Origin: Blastocladiella emersonii ATCC 22665
Lineage: Eukaryota; Fungi; Blastocladiomycota
Length of the DNA: 64,000 nt
Direction of reading: 5' to 3'
NCBI GenBank assembly: GCA_025594325.1
Contig: JANHCV010000008.1
Coordinates: 558,001 to 622,000 of the forward strand
Positions 21,766 through 30,508 of this stretch are shown here, one piece after another; position 1 is the stretch's first letter; each line of letters opens with the position of its first letter. The notes beneath the pieces were generated by a model. The model was not told the DNA's origin. It made no database searches and saw only the letters and a list, made by a program, of their open reading frames with translations. The position numbers and the translations under genes were made by a program.

Positions 21766-23705
21766 AGCAGGGTCCAGTGGCTTTGAATGATGACCTGGCA
21801 GTCGTTGGCAACTGCGACCGACGGGATCCAGATGAAAGAGTAGTTCTTGGCCGCGTCAAGGTACTCAATGCTCAAGAACTGAAGGAACTGGACATTGCCT
21901 TCAGCGCGGCACCCGGTGACAAGCAACACTGCAATCATGTCCGTCATATTGTACAGCGCAAAGTTCACAGTGTGGGCTCCAGGGAGCGCGCCGTTTGCGT
22001 AGTAGCCCTTTGCATGGACGAGGTAGTAGCCACTGACAGGGGGTTTGACGCATCCATTGATCACAGACGTGAACGCGCCTGCCGTGGACTGGAACGCAAA
22101 GGTGGCCGGGCCCGTTGATGCTGTGCCGCCAATGATCTTGCCGCCCGTGGTCACTCTGTTTGTAGAGCGGTGCTTGGCCTGAGCGACGTACCGGGTCGTG
22201 CCAGACCGCGAGTCAACATACGCCTTGTTTGCTGCGTCGGTGCCTGCCACTGGAGCGAGGTCAAGGGTGAGCTGCCCTGTGAAGCGACCAGTGCCATTGA
22301 CGCGGAGCCTTTCTGTGCCAAGCGTCGCCGAGCCCACGACCACATTGCCACCACCTGCCACAAGGGAGACCCCGCCCGTGGTCGCAGACGCAATCTCAAT
22401 GTTACCCGCCGCTGTGCATGCCAGGTTGCTTCGCAGTACGCCTGCCTGCTTAAAGTCGACGTACGTCAATGTATTGGCAGCCGAGTCAAAGACAAGGTTT
22501 GCACTTGTGGCATTCCGGACCAGGACGTTGGGCACAGTCAGTTGCTTGCCAACTCCAAGACCACCAGCAATGGTGACTGCTCCAGTGCTTGATGTCAAAC
22601 TGTCCGTCGTATTTGCAAAGGCAAAGGCAGCGCCGAGTCCAAGGGTGGACTGGGGGAGCGTGCCAATGACCGAGGCTGCGCTCACGGCCGTGACCTTGGC
22701 TGAGACGTCGGGGAGTCGTGCCAGGTCAATGGTCCCTGCAAGCTTGGCCGAGTCAATGCCAGATGCCAGCTTGGCGCTGGTCAGGGTCCCGTCGGCGATG
22801 CGGGCAGGGTCAAGGATCCCAGTGAGCTTGACTGCCGACACGTCCGCGACCTTGGCGTCCATGACTGCGCCTGCTGCCAGGTGGGCTGTTCCAATGGACC
22901 CAACGTTGAGCTTGCCCCCATCAATGCCAGTTGCCAGCTTGGCGTTGGTCACGGCCGCGTCTGCCAGGACCAGGGAGCCGACCGTGCCCGCTGCCAGCTT
23001 GGACCCGTCGATGCCAGCTGCCACCTTGGCGTTGGATACGGCACCGTCTGCCAGGGCTCCCATCCCAATAGTCCCTGCAACGAGCTTGGACCCAGACACG
23101 GACGCGACCTTGGCATCTGTGACTGCCAGGTCGATGAGAGCCGCTGTGCCAACCGTGCCTGCCACAAGCTTGGACCCGGACATGGACGCGACCTTGGCAT
23201 CAGTCACTGAGCCGTCTGCCAGGACCGAGGTCCCGACCGTGCCTGCCACAAGCTTGGACCCGGACACAGACGCAACCTTGGCATCAGTCACTGAGCCGTC
23301 TGCCAGGACCGAGGTCCCAACGGCTGGGAGGTTGGACGCACTGAGCACGCCCACAAGCTTGGACGCAGACACAGTGTCCAGCTGAGCATTGACGAGCTTG
23401 CCTGTGACCTGCCCTGCTGTAATCGTGGCGACCTTGTCAGCCGTGACGCTGGCCGGGAGCAGCTGTGCCGTGCCAACTGACTTGACATAGAGCCCTGCTG
23501 CGCCCACGCCAAGGGTCTGGTTGTCGACCTTGGCCGAGACAGTGGTCCCTGAGACTGCCACGCCAGGGCCAGCAACAGGTGCGCCAACCGTGGCATACAC
23601 GGCACTGATGGCCGCGTCAACGTAGGCCTTGGACACGTCCGGGACCCCCGTGGTAGACACGGTCGGAGACGCAGTACTTGAGACGTTAAAGATATTCTTG
23701 ACCAT
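21762..23705 (-). CDS. Putative fibre/spike protein with 25-aa repeats (647 aa)
   Basis: Tandem LADGSVTDAKVASVSGSKLVAGTVGT-type repeats (75-bp period), a TSSTGAVTIAGGLGVGKQL fibre-like motif and a beta-rich C-terminal head (KPPVSGYYLV). ATG at 23705 is preceded by the viral promoter motif. Confidence 0.7.
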   Translation of the reverse strand: MVKNIFNVSSTASPTVSTTGVPDVSKAYVDAAISAVYATVGAPVAGPGVAVSGTTVSAKVDNQTLGVGAAGLYVKSVGTAQLLPASVTADKVATITAGQVTGKLVNAQLDTVSASKLVGVLSASNLPAVGTSVLADGSVTDAKVASVSGSKLVAGTVGTSVLADGSVTDAKVASMSGSKLVAGTVGTAALIDLAVTDAKVASVSGSKLVAGTIGMGALADGAVSNAKVAAGIDGSKLAAGTVGSLVLADAAVTNAKLATGIDGGKLNVGSIGTAHLAAGAVMDAKVADVSAVKLTGILDPARIADGTLTSAKLASGIDSAKLAGTIDLARLPDVSAKVTAVSAASVIGTLPQSTLGLGAAFAFANTTDSLTSSTGAVTIAGGLGVGKQLTVPNVLVRNATSANLVFDSAANTLTYVDFKQAGVLRSNLACTAAGNIEIASATTGGVSLVAGGGNVVVGSATLGTERLRVNGTGRFTGQLTLDLAPVAGTDAANKAYVDSRSGTTRYVAQAKHRSTNRVTTGGKIIGGTASTGPATFAFQSTAGAFTSVINGCVKPPVSGYYLVHAKGYYANGALPGAHTVNFALYNMTDMIAVLLVTGCRAEGNVQFLQFLSIEYLDAAKNYSFIWIPSVAVANDCQVIIQSHWTLL

Positions 23706-23725
23706 GTTTAACCTTAAGCAACAGA

Positions 23726-23977
23726 ATGATTTCCAGCGACCATGACCTGAGCCTGGATGAGTGGCGGGAGCACCTCGCCGGGACCATGCCCGTGCCAAGC
23801 AGCTGGTACAGCAAGAGCGACGAGGACAAGGCCAAGTGGCTACAGAAGCGCGACTGCAAGGCCAACCGGTACACGCACGTCGACAACGAGGCAGCGCGGG
23901 CAGAGCGGGTTAAGATCCGGATCTACAAGGCACTCAACGCCAAGCGCCGGGACCAGGGGGCAAATAGCACCGTCTGA
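23726..23977 (+). CDS. Small charged viral hypothetical protein (83 aa)
   Basis: Viral-like codon usage, divergent from the fibre gene, with TTCTTG-N8-TAAC at 23695-23712 upstream. Confidence 0.5.
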   Translation: MISSDHDLSLDEWREHLAGTMPVPSSWYSKSDEDKAKWLQKRDCKANRYTHVDNEAARAERVKIRIYKALNAKRRDQGANSTV

Positions 23978-24054
23978 GGGACAAAAGGCACCTGCCACGG
24001 GGAAAAAGGTACCAACAGGGGGACGTTTTATTTTTGGTCCATACAGTAACCATC

Positions 24055-25770
24055 ATGGGCCGAAGAACAGTACCAGATCTACTTGCAAGAGTGACCAAGG
24101 CAACCGGCGGGCGCATCATGGCCGAGCGCCTTGCAGGGCAGAAGATCAAGGCAACCATTGACGGCTGCGAGTACACGTTCCCCAATGCCAAAGAGCTCCT
24201 CGACGTCTGGGTGCCTTACATCCTTGCCTTTGACTACAAGGTGACGCCCGAGAGCTATGCCAACGACTTTGGCTGCAAACGAGGCGACTCGCTGTTCTAC
24301 CTCAAGCACCAGGACAGCGTCACTGGGTACGAGGTCAAGGACCTCCAGGAGCACGTCCAAGACACGCTTAAAGCGTGGGAAGAGCACCAGGCAACGGGCA
24401 AGGTCACTTGAGTCCCAGTCGCTCCACCAGCGGCAAGCCCCAGACCAGAGGCCCCCGAGTCAGCCACGGACAGCGACAGGGGCAGCAGCGAAGAGGAGCG
24501 CGACGAGCTGGCAGAAGAGATCTCGCGAGCCCTGGACGTCATTGACGAGGACGCTGTACCGGACCACTTGCTCCCCGTGCCTGTCCGGCCAGTCATGCCC
24601 GAGCAGTACCCGGTCGAGGCCGGCGACTATGTTGGTCAAGACATTGACGAGTACGGCGCCATGATCCCCGGCCAGTACCTGATCCAGAATGACAATGACG
24701 GCGGCAACGACCCGCCCCCAAGGCTTGACGACGGCACCCGCGACCTCGTGGTCATGCCACCAAGCTACGGCCCGGACGTGGCACAGCGGCAAGGCGTGTA
24801 CAACGAGGGTCACGTCCACCCGGCCATGGACGAGGCACGCATGATCAAGGGCTCCAAGGACTTGCAGGTCTACAACCCCGAGCGGGCGCTGACAACCACG
24901 GACGACATGGAGGTCGATGTTGTCCAGAACTTTCAACAGTTTAACCAGTTCGTGTACAACAGCTACACGCAGCAGAACACGCAGAACGTCAACATGCGGC
25001 AGTTCATCACCCAGTACGAGAACAACTACTACGAGCAGAACGTGGACATGCGGCAGCAGATCCTGGTCCAGTACAACAATGACCCGAACGTCATGGCCGC
25101 GCTCGAGCTCATTGCCTTGCAGTTTGCCGGGTCCCAGGTCATGCAGTACCAGGCGTACCAGGCGCTCATCGAGCAGTCGGCGGCCGCTCAGGGACTGGCC
25201 ATGGACGCATTTGCCAACCTCGCGTCCGGGATTGTGGACACGCTCCGAGCCAAACGCAACAACTTTGCCCGCCAGATTGACGCTGGCAACCGCGCGCTTG
25301 TGTCTGAGATTGCCACGGGCATGTCCTCTGCGCTCAGCAACCAGCAGGTGCTCATGAACCAGCTCGCAAGCGGCGTCCAGGGCGCGATCCAAGGGCAGAC
25401 CCAGAGCAACGAGGCCATGACCAAGACGCTCCAAGACCTTGGGTCCAAGCTGGACACGATCCCTGCACCCCAAGTCATTGTCCAGCCTGCCAACACAAGC
25501 GGCCTTGAGGCCATGATCAGGGAGCTGGCCGCGCAAAACAATTCCGGCGGTAGTTCTAAGAAGACCGACATGCTCCTCGAACAGATCCTCAAGCAACTGG
25601 GCTACAAGAAGCCGACCGACGCGAAGCTGTTCACAGACAAGCGGGCAGCGGGTAGCGGGCTGACAGCGCCCAAGATCCAGCGTCACCAGAAGATCCCTGA
25701 GCGGCCCGTCAAGCAGGTCCGCGAGACCCCAAGGCGCAGCGGCATTGTGCTTGACCTCGGCTGGGACTGA
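24055..25770 (+). pseudogene. Viral hypothetical protein (~571 codons) with a single in-frame TGA at 24409-24411
   Basis: ORFs 24034-24411 and 24568-25770 are in the same frame. The 52 intervening codons are open and protein-like (VPVAPP...SSEEERDELAEEISRALDVIDED). Confidence 0.7.
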
Positions 25771-25779
25771 CGCCCTTTT

Positions 25780-25799
25780 TTGTTGGCAGTCTTTAAATG
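25780..25799 (+). promoter_or_regulatory. Example of the viral bipartite promoter TTGTTG-N8-TAAATG (ATPase gene)
   Basis: The same spacing recurs at 19477, 26610, 27873, 28166, 28939, 23724(-), 29491(-) and 18900(-). Confidence 0.75.
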
Positions 25800-26594
25800 T
25801 ACGACATTGTTGCCATTGACAACGGCTTTACGCGCAACGACGACGGCGAGCCGCTGCCGATCCCCAAGCACCCGTTCACCATGAACGTCATTGGCGCCAA
25901 GGGTCAGGGCAAGTCGACGCTGATCGCAAACATGGTCTGCTTCCCGCACTTTTACAAGGGCCAGTTCGACAACATCTGGGTCTTTAACCCGACGTTCCAC
26001 GCCGACGACAAGTACGAGTACATTGCCAGTCAACCGATCCTGCGACCGCCCAAGAAGGAGCGCAACGTGCTGGACCCCCAGGAGCGCGACCCGGACCGGC
26101 TCAAGATCAAGCCAGGGTGCATTGTCACGGACCCCGAGCAGTTCATCCCGACCCTGCTCAAGATGCGCCAGGACCTGACCAAGACATTCGAAGAGTCTGG
26201 CAAGAAGGCGCTCCAGGACCAGCTGCTGATCATTGACGACGTGCTCGGGCTCAAGCTGCTGAGCCACAGAACGCTGACCAACTTTCTGTGCAACTCGCGG
26301 CACTTGAAGATCAGCTGCATCATTGGCGTCCAGCGGTGGTGTGCCCTGCCCAAGACTCTGCGCATCAATTGCAGCTACAGCGTTGTCTACCCAATCTATG
26401 ACAAGACCGAGGTCCAGACGCTGCACAAGGAGATTGGGTCGCAGTTCGACCTCAAGGAGTTTGAGGCCATCATTGAACAGCTCTTTGACACGCGTACTGG
26501 CAACACGAAGCGACGCTTCCTGGGCGTCAACAACCAGAACCCGCCCAAGTACCGGCTCGTAGACAGCTTCAGCGAGTGGATCGTGAAGCAGTAG
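25797..26594 (+). CDS. A32/FtsK-like genome packaging ATPase
   Basis: Walker A GAKGQGKS, Walker B LLIIDD, and the SRHLKISCIIGVQ...LPKTLRIN signature of the A32 family. Confidence 0.93.
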   Translation: MYDIVAIDNGFTRNDDGEPLPIPKHPFTMNVIGAKGQGKSTLIANMVCFPHFYKGQFDNIWVFNPTFHADDKYEYIASQPILRPPKKERNVLDPQERDPDRLKIKPGCIVTDPEQFIPTLLKMRQDLTKTFEESGKKALQDQLLIIDDVLGLKLLSHRTLTNFLCNSRHLKISCIIGVQRWCALPKTLRINCSYSVVYPIYDKTEVQTLHKEIGSQFDLKEFEAIIEQLFDTRTGNTKRRFLGVNNQNPPKYRLVDSFSEWIVKQ

Positions 26595-26634
26595 ACTCTT
26601 GACTTTTTTTTGTTGCCGAGTCCTAAACTAAACC

Positions 26635-27855
26635 ATGTCCAGTACCAACGCCCAGTTCTCGCAGGTCCTGTCCAAGACTCTCCCTCCCAAGATGTTGTTC
26701 AACCTGCCCAAGGAGTCCGTCTATGCCGAGCGCCAGACCGTCCAGTTCACGGCTCAGGGCGGCCCTGAGTTTGCTCCTGGCAACAGCATCAGCGTCCTGC
26801 TCCCGCCGCGCGATGACATGATGGACACGCACTGTACTTTCCTGCAGTTCTCGGCCAAGACCACGGACGCCAACGTTGCTTTCTGCAATGGTATCTTCAG
26901 CGTCATTGACCGTGTCCGCATCTACAGCGCGTCCGGTGCCCTACTCGAAGAGCTCCCGTACTACAACCTGCGTCAGCGCATCGAGGCCGACGTGACGGTC
27001 CCCCAGTACCTCAAGGACTTGTGTCTCGGCGTGGCACAGGGCTACTTTGCGTCCGGCGCAGACAAGTTCGCTGTCTCATCTGGGCTGCACCGGTACATGC
27101 TGCCCATCAAGTCGGCCCTGCTGGCAAACCAGAAGCACCTCCCAATGAAGTACACGGGCGGCATCCGCGTCGAGTTCACCCTTGCACCTGGCAGTGACGC
27201 CTGCGTGGTCAAGAACAATGCCATCCCGGGCTACACAGTCAAGGACGTCTGCATCGTCTCGGACCTGATCAAGCTCAACGACCAGCAGATCGCGGTCATG
27301 GACGCGGCCTTCAAGAAGCAGGGCCTCAAGCTCTTTGGCACGACCTACAACCACCACTTCCTGAACTACTCGGTGCCCAACTCGACGCTCAACATCTCGG
27401 ACCGCTCGGCCTCACAGAAAGACATCCTGCTGTCGTTCCGCAACAATGCCGTGCTCAATGACAATGCCAAGGACTCGTTCCTTTGTGCCAAGACCATTAC
27501 ATCGTACCAGTTCAGCGTGGCCGGCCGACTCTTCCCTCAGCGACCCATCCGCTGTGACGACTACGCGTCTGAGGCGTTCGTTGAGCTGACCAATGCCTTC
27601 CATGGCCACGTCATTGGCGCTGGCCTCACAGTTGACAAGTTCAACGCGCCGGCCAAGGGTACCTTTGTCGTTGGCCGTGACCTCAAGTCGAGTCGCACCG
27701 TGGTCAGCGGCGACAAGTCTTGCAAGAGCCAGGCCGTGGACATGCAGGTGATCCTGACTTCAAGCGTGGCCCCGAACCAGCGCGTGGACGCCTTCATTGG
27801 CATCGACGTGGTCTACGAGTTCCTGCCAACCGGCGAGATCAACATCTACAAGTAA
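26635..27855 (+). CDS. Major capsid protein, double jelly-roll, PLV type (406 aa)
   Basis: Size, beta-strand pattern, motifs SVIDRVRIYSASGALLEELPYYN, HLPMKYTGGIRVEFTL, SYQFSVAGRLFP and a C-terminal SG, and position next to the ATPase and penton genes. Confidence 0.85.
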   Translation: MSSTNAQFSQVLSKTLPPKMLFNLPKESVYAERQTVQFTAQGGPEFAPGNSISVLLPPRDDMMDTHCTFLQFSAKTTDANVAFCNGIFSVIDRVRIYSASGALLEELPYYNLRQRIEADVTVPQYLKDLCLGVAQGYFASGADKFAVSSGLHRYMLPIKSALLANQKHLPMKYTGGIRVEFTLAPGSDACVVKNNAIPGYTVKDVCIVSDLIKLNDQQIAVMDAAFKKQGLKLFGTTYNHHFLNYSVPNSTLNISDRSASQKDILLSFRNNAVLNDNAKDSFLCAKTITSYQFSVAGRLFPQRPIRCDDYASEAFVELTNAFHGHVIGAGLTVDKFNAPAKGTFVVGRDLKSSRTVVSGDKSCKSQAVDMQVILTSSVAPNQRVDAFIGIDVVYEFLPTGEINIYK

Positions 27856-27897
27856 CAGCCCTGTCCTTTCTTTTCTTGCGTAGAGTTAAACCCCGCC

Positions 27898-28164
27898 ATG
27901 ATCTTCCGTAACCTCTGGACCAACTTTAGCAATGTGCTCGGCCAGGTCGGGTCCTTTGTCAACAAACACATGCCGACCGTCCTCAAAGGCGTCAAGACCG
28001 TGTCCAAGTTCTTTGAGCAGTCGCACAACCCCGCCGTGAGCTCCATTGCGCAGATGGTGTCCAAGGGCGCCAACCTCGCCCAAGACATTCACACCTGGTA
28101 CAACCGACCAACGAGCGAGATCTTTGAGGCAGACGCTGACGACACGGGGACAGCTGTACAATAA
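27898..28164 (+). CDS. Small amphipathic-helix protein, candidate core/membrane-penetration protein (88 aa)
   Basis: N-terminus FRNLWTNFSNVLGQVGSFVNK; it lies between the MCP and mCP genes and has its own promoter motif. Confidence 0.65.
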   Translation: MIFRNLWTNFSNVLGQVGSFVNKHMPTVLKGVKTVSKFFEQSHNPAVSSIAQMVSKGANLAQDIHTWYNRPTSEIFEADADDTGTAVQ

Positions 28165-28182
28165 ATTGTTGTCTTTGTTTAA

Positions 28183-28926
28183 ATGTCCGAGTACAAGACG
28201 CTGACCATCTGCAGCCGCGACCTCAAGAATGGCATCCTGTACCTGCCACGACCCCTGTCCGTGCGCGGCGTCAAGGTCAACTCGGCGTACCTCTGCAACA
28301 GCTGGCACACGGTCAACTCCAAGGCCAACAAAGTGTACCTGACCCAGAGCCGTGGCGCGCTGACGTTCCCGGGTACCATCACTGTCCCTGACAGCAACTA
28401 CACAGTCAAGACGTTCACGGCCACGCTCAAGAGCCTGCTCAACAACGCGCCGTCGTCGTACCTCTGGCAGGGCTCCTGGGACGTCCAGGTCGACTCGACT
28501 ACCCAGAAGATGCGCCTGGCCAACGACACGGTTGACTTTACAATTGGAACAGGGACGGCGTTGCTGAACGTCCACATGGGCTTTGTTGGAGCGTATGGCT
28601 ACAGCAAGGTCCAGTACGGGTCGGCGCTGGTCAACATCTCGCCCATCAACCTGCTTCACGTCTACTTGCGCAACCTTGGCACCCGGCTCGCGGACAACAT
28701 GTTCTTGGCGTACCCACAAGACAACGGCGTACTTTGTAGCATCCACGTCACGCAACCCTTTGGCAGCTGGTTCGAGCATCGACCACACATGGGCGACTAC
28801 TTTCGCTTTGACGCGCAGGGACAGGCCCAGCAGATTGACTGTATTGACATTGACGTGGTAGACAAGAACCTGCGCTCTGTCGACTTTCTTGGCCAACCCT
28901 TCTACGTCGAGCTCGCGTTCATCTGA
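28183..28926 (+). CDS. Minor capsid (penton) protein, single jelly-roll (247 aa)
   Basis: ITVPDSNYT and C-terminal IDIDVVDKNLRSVDFLGQPFYVELAF, typical of PLV/Polinton minor capsid proteins. Confidence 0.85.
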   Translation: MSEYKTLTICSRDLKNGILYLPRPLSVRGVKVNSAYLCNSWHTVNSKANKVYLTQSRGALTFPGTITVPDSNYTVKTFTATLKSLLNNAPSSYLWQGSWDVQVDSTTQKMRLANDTVDFTIGTGTALLNVHMGFVGAYGYSKVQYGSALVNISPINLLHVYLRNLGTRLADNMFLAYPQDNGVLCSIHVTQPFGSWFEHRPHMGDYFRFDAQGQAQQIDCIDIDVVDKNLRSVDFLGQPFYVELAFI

Positions 28927-28957
28927 CGTTGACTTTAATTGTTGTTCTACTGTAAAC

Positions 28958-29059
28958 ATGATCCTCGAGACGCTCCTTGTTGCCACCAACGCCCTGATCC
29001 TTGTAGCCAACCTGGCCATTGTCGGGTACACAAGCAAAGTATTCCGCGCCGTAGAGTAA
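28958..29059 (+). CDS. 33-aa single-pass hydrophobic peptide (not in the ORF track)
   Basis: MILETLLVATNALILVANLAIVGYTSKVFRAVE, directly preceded by TTGTTG-N8-TAAAC. Confidence 0.6.
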   Translation: MILETLLVATNALILVANLAIVGYTSKVFRAVE

Positions 29060-29319
29060 GCAACAACATGTGCTTTAAATTCTTTCTGCGAAGGCATAGT
29101 AAGACACAGGACAATGAATACTGGCTCTACTGCATCAACGCCCCGCGCACCTTCCACAAGCATCCCTTGGACTGGCCGTCCGGGCCCCCAGACAACAGCC
29201 AACTACACAGCCATCCGCAACGTGGCCCTGCCAGGTGTCAAGGTTGTGTACACTGTCTGCTTTGAATAGATCCTTCAAGTTAACTTGGTTAGCTACCTTG
29301 AAGCCTTTACTGGTCGCTC

Positions 29320-29472
29320 TCAGACTACCCGCCGGTATGTGTACTTGTGCCCACAGCATGGGTACACGACTTGGACCCACAGCAGCTCATTGTCATGGAC
29401 CCAGCTGGGAGCATCATAGTGATCGCATGGCGGCTTGGGCAGGGGGACGATCTCTTTGATACAGCCTCGCAT
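29320..29472 (-). CDS. 50-aa Cys/His-rich viral peptide
   Basis: MRGCIKEIVPLPKPPCDHYDAPSWVHDNELLWVQVVYPCCGHKYTYRRVV, with TTGTTG-N8-TAAC one base before the ATG. Confidence 0.5.
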   Translation of the reverse strand: MRGCIKEIVPLPKPPCDHYDAPSWVHDNELLWVQVVYPCCGHKYTYRRVV

Positions 29473-29703
29473 AGTTACAGTAGTCCAACAAAGTTTAAAT
29501 TGACAAACGCATTCAACGCACTTGGCATGACGTAGCAACGGGACACACTACGACATTGACATAAAGTAGAAATAAGGGGTGCTCCGCCCTGTCCAGGAAG
29601 CGTTGGCCAAGCGCCTCCCAGACTGCTCCATCCTGGAGGTCTCCTTTCATGGTGGCCAGCCACTAATCAGAGTTCCAACATGGAGCAGGCATCATTGCTA
29701 ATA

Positions 29704-29811
29704 CTCATTGAACCACACAGCGCCAACACACCCAAAAGACTCATCAAACCACACAGCGCCAACACACCCAAAAGACTCATCGAACCACACAGCGCCAACA
29801 CACCCAAAAAG
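29704..29811. repeat. 36-bp tandem repeat, three copies
   Basis: CTCAT(TG/CA/CG)AACCACACAGCGCCAACACACCCAAAAGA repeated head-to-tail without spacers. Confidence 0.9.
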
Positions 29812-30179
29812 AGAGAGATAGGAATGGATCAAAGAGCACTGCATGAGTAGCTAATCCAAGCAGCGCCCACAATCCAGACCAAGACAGGGGTTAACCAAGT
29901 CATTGCCGTGCACATACAGATGACTCAGCAGATCCCAAGCCAAAGGAATAGGGAAGTGGCCACCCGCAATGTCGGCCATGCACCCATACCAGAAGCCTAC
30001 TGTGAGCGTTGGGCGCATTGCAAAGATGGCCTATACAATCAGAGTAGGGCTTGAGGCAGTGAATCTGTGACATGGCTTTCATGGTGAGTGGCAAAGAGCA
30101 GCTCTCAGGGCAGGGGGAGTGGGGGGTTCTTATAGGGCCAGGGTTAGCGCTAAATCCTCAGGCACAGGGCCCTGATCTG

Positions 30180-30508
30180 GCACCCCCAACGTGACCCCCC
30201 GCCTGACCCCCCGCCTGACCCCCCGCCTGACCCCCCGCCTGACCCCCCGCGTGACCCCCCGCCTGACCCCAGACCTGGCACCCCAGACCCTCCATGACCC
30301 GGCACCCCCGACCTGGCACCCCCGACCTGGCACCCCAGACCTGGCACCCTGACCTGGCACCCCAGACCCTCCATGACCCGGCACCCCCGACCTGGCACCC
30401 CAGACCCGGCACCCCCAACCTGGCACCCCAGACCCGGCACCCCAGACCTGGCACCCTGACCTGGCACCCCAGACCCTCCATGACCCGGCACCCCAGACCT
30501 GGCACCCC
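30180..30508. repeat. C-rich short tandem repeats abutting the right TIR
   Basis: CCTGACCCCCCG 12-mers followed by GACCTGGCACCCCA-type 13-14-mers. Confidence 0.85.

Noticed and set aside
29704-29811. 36-bp repeats as a CRISPR array
   Set aside because: The units are head-to-tail with no unique spacers, there are no cas genes, and the context is eukaryotic.
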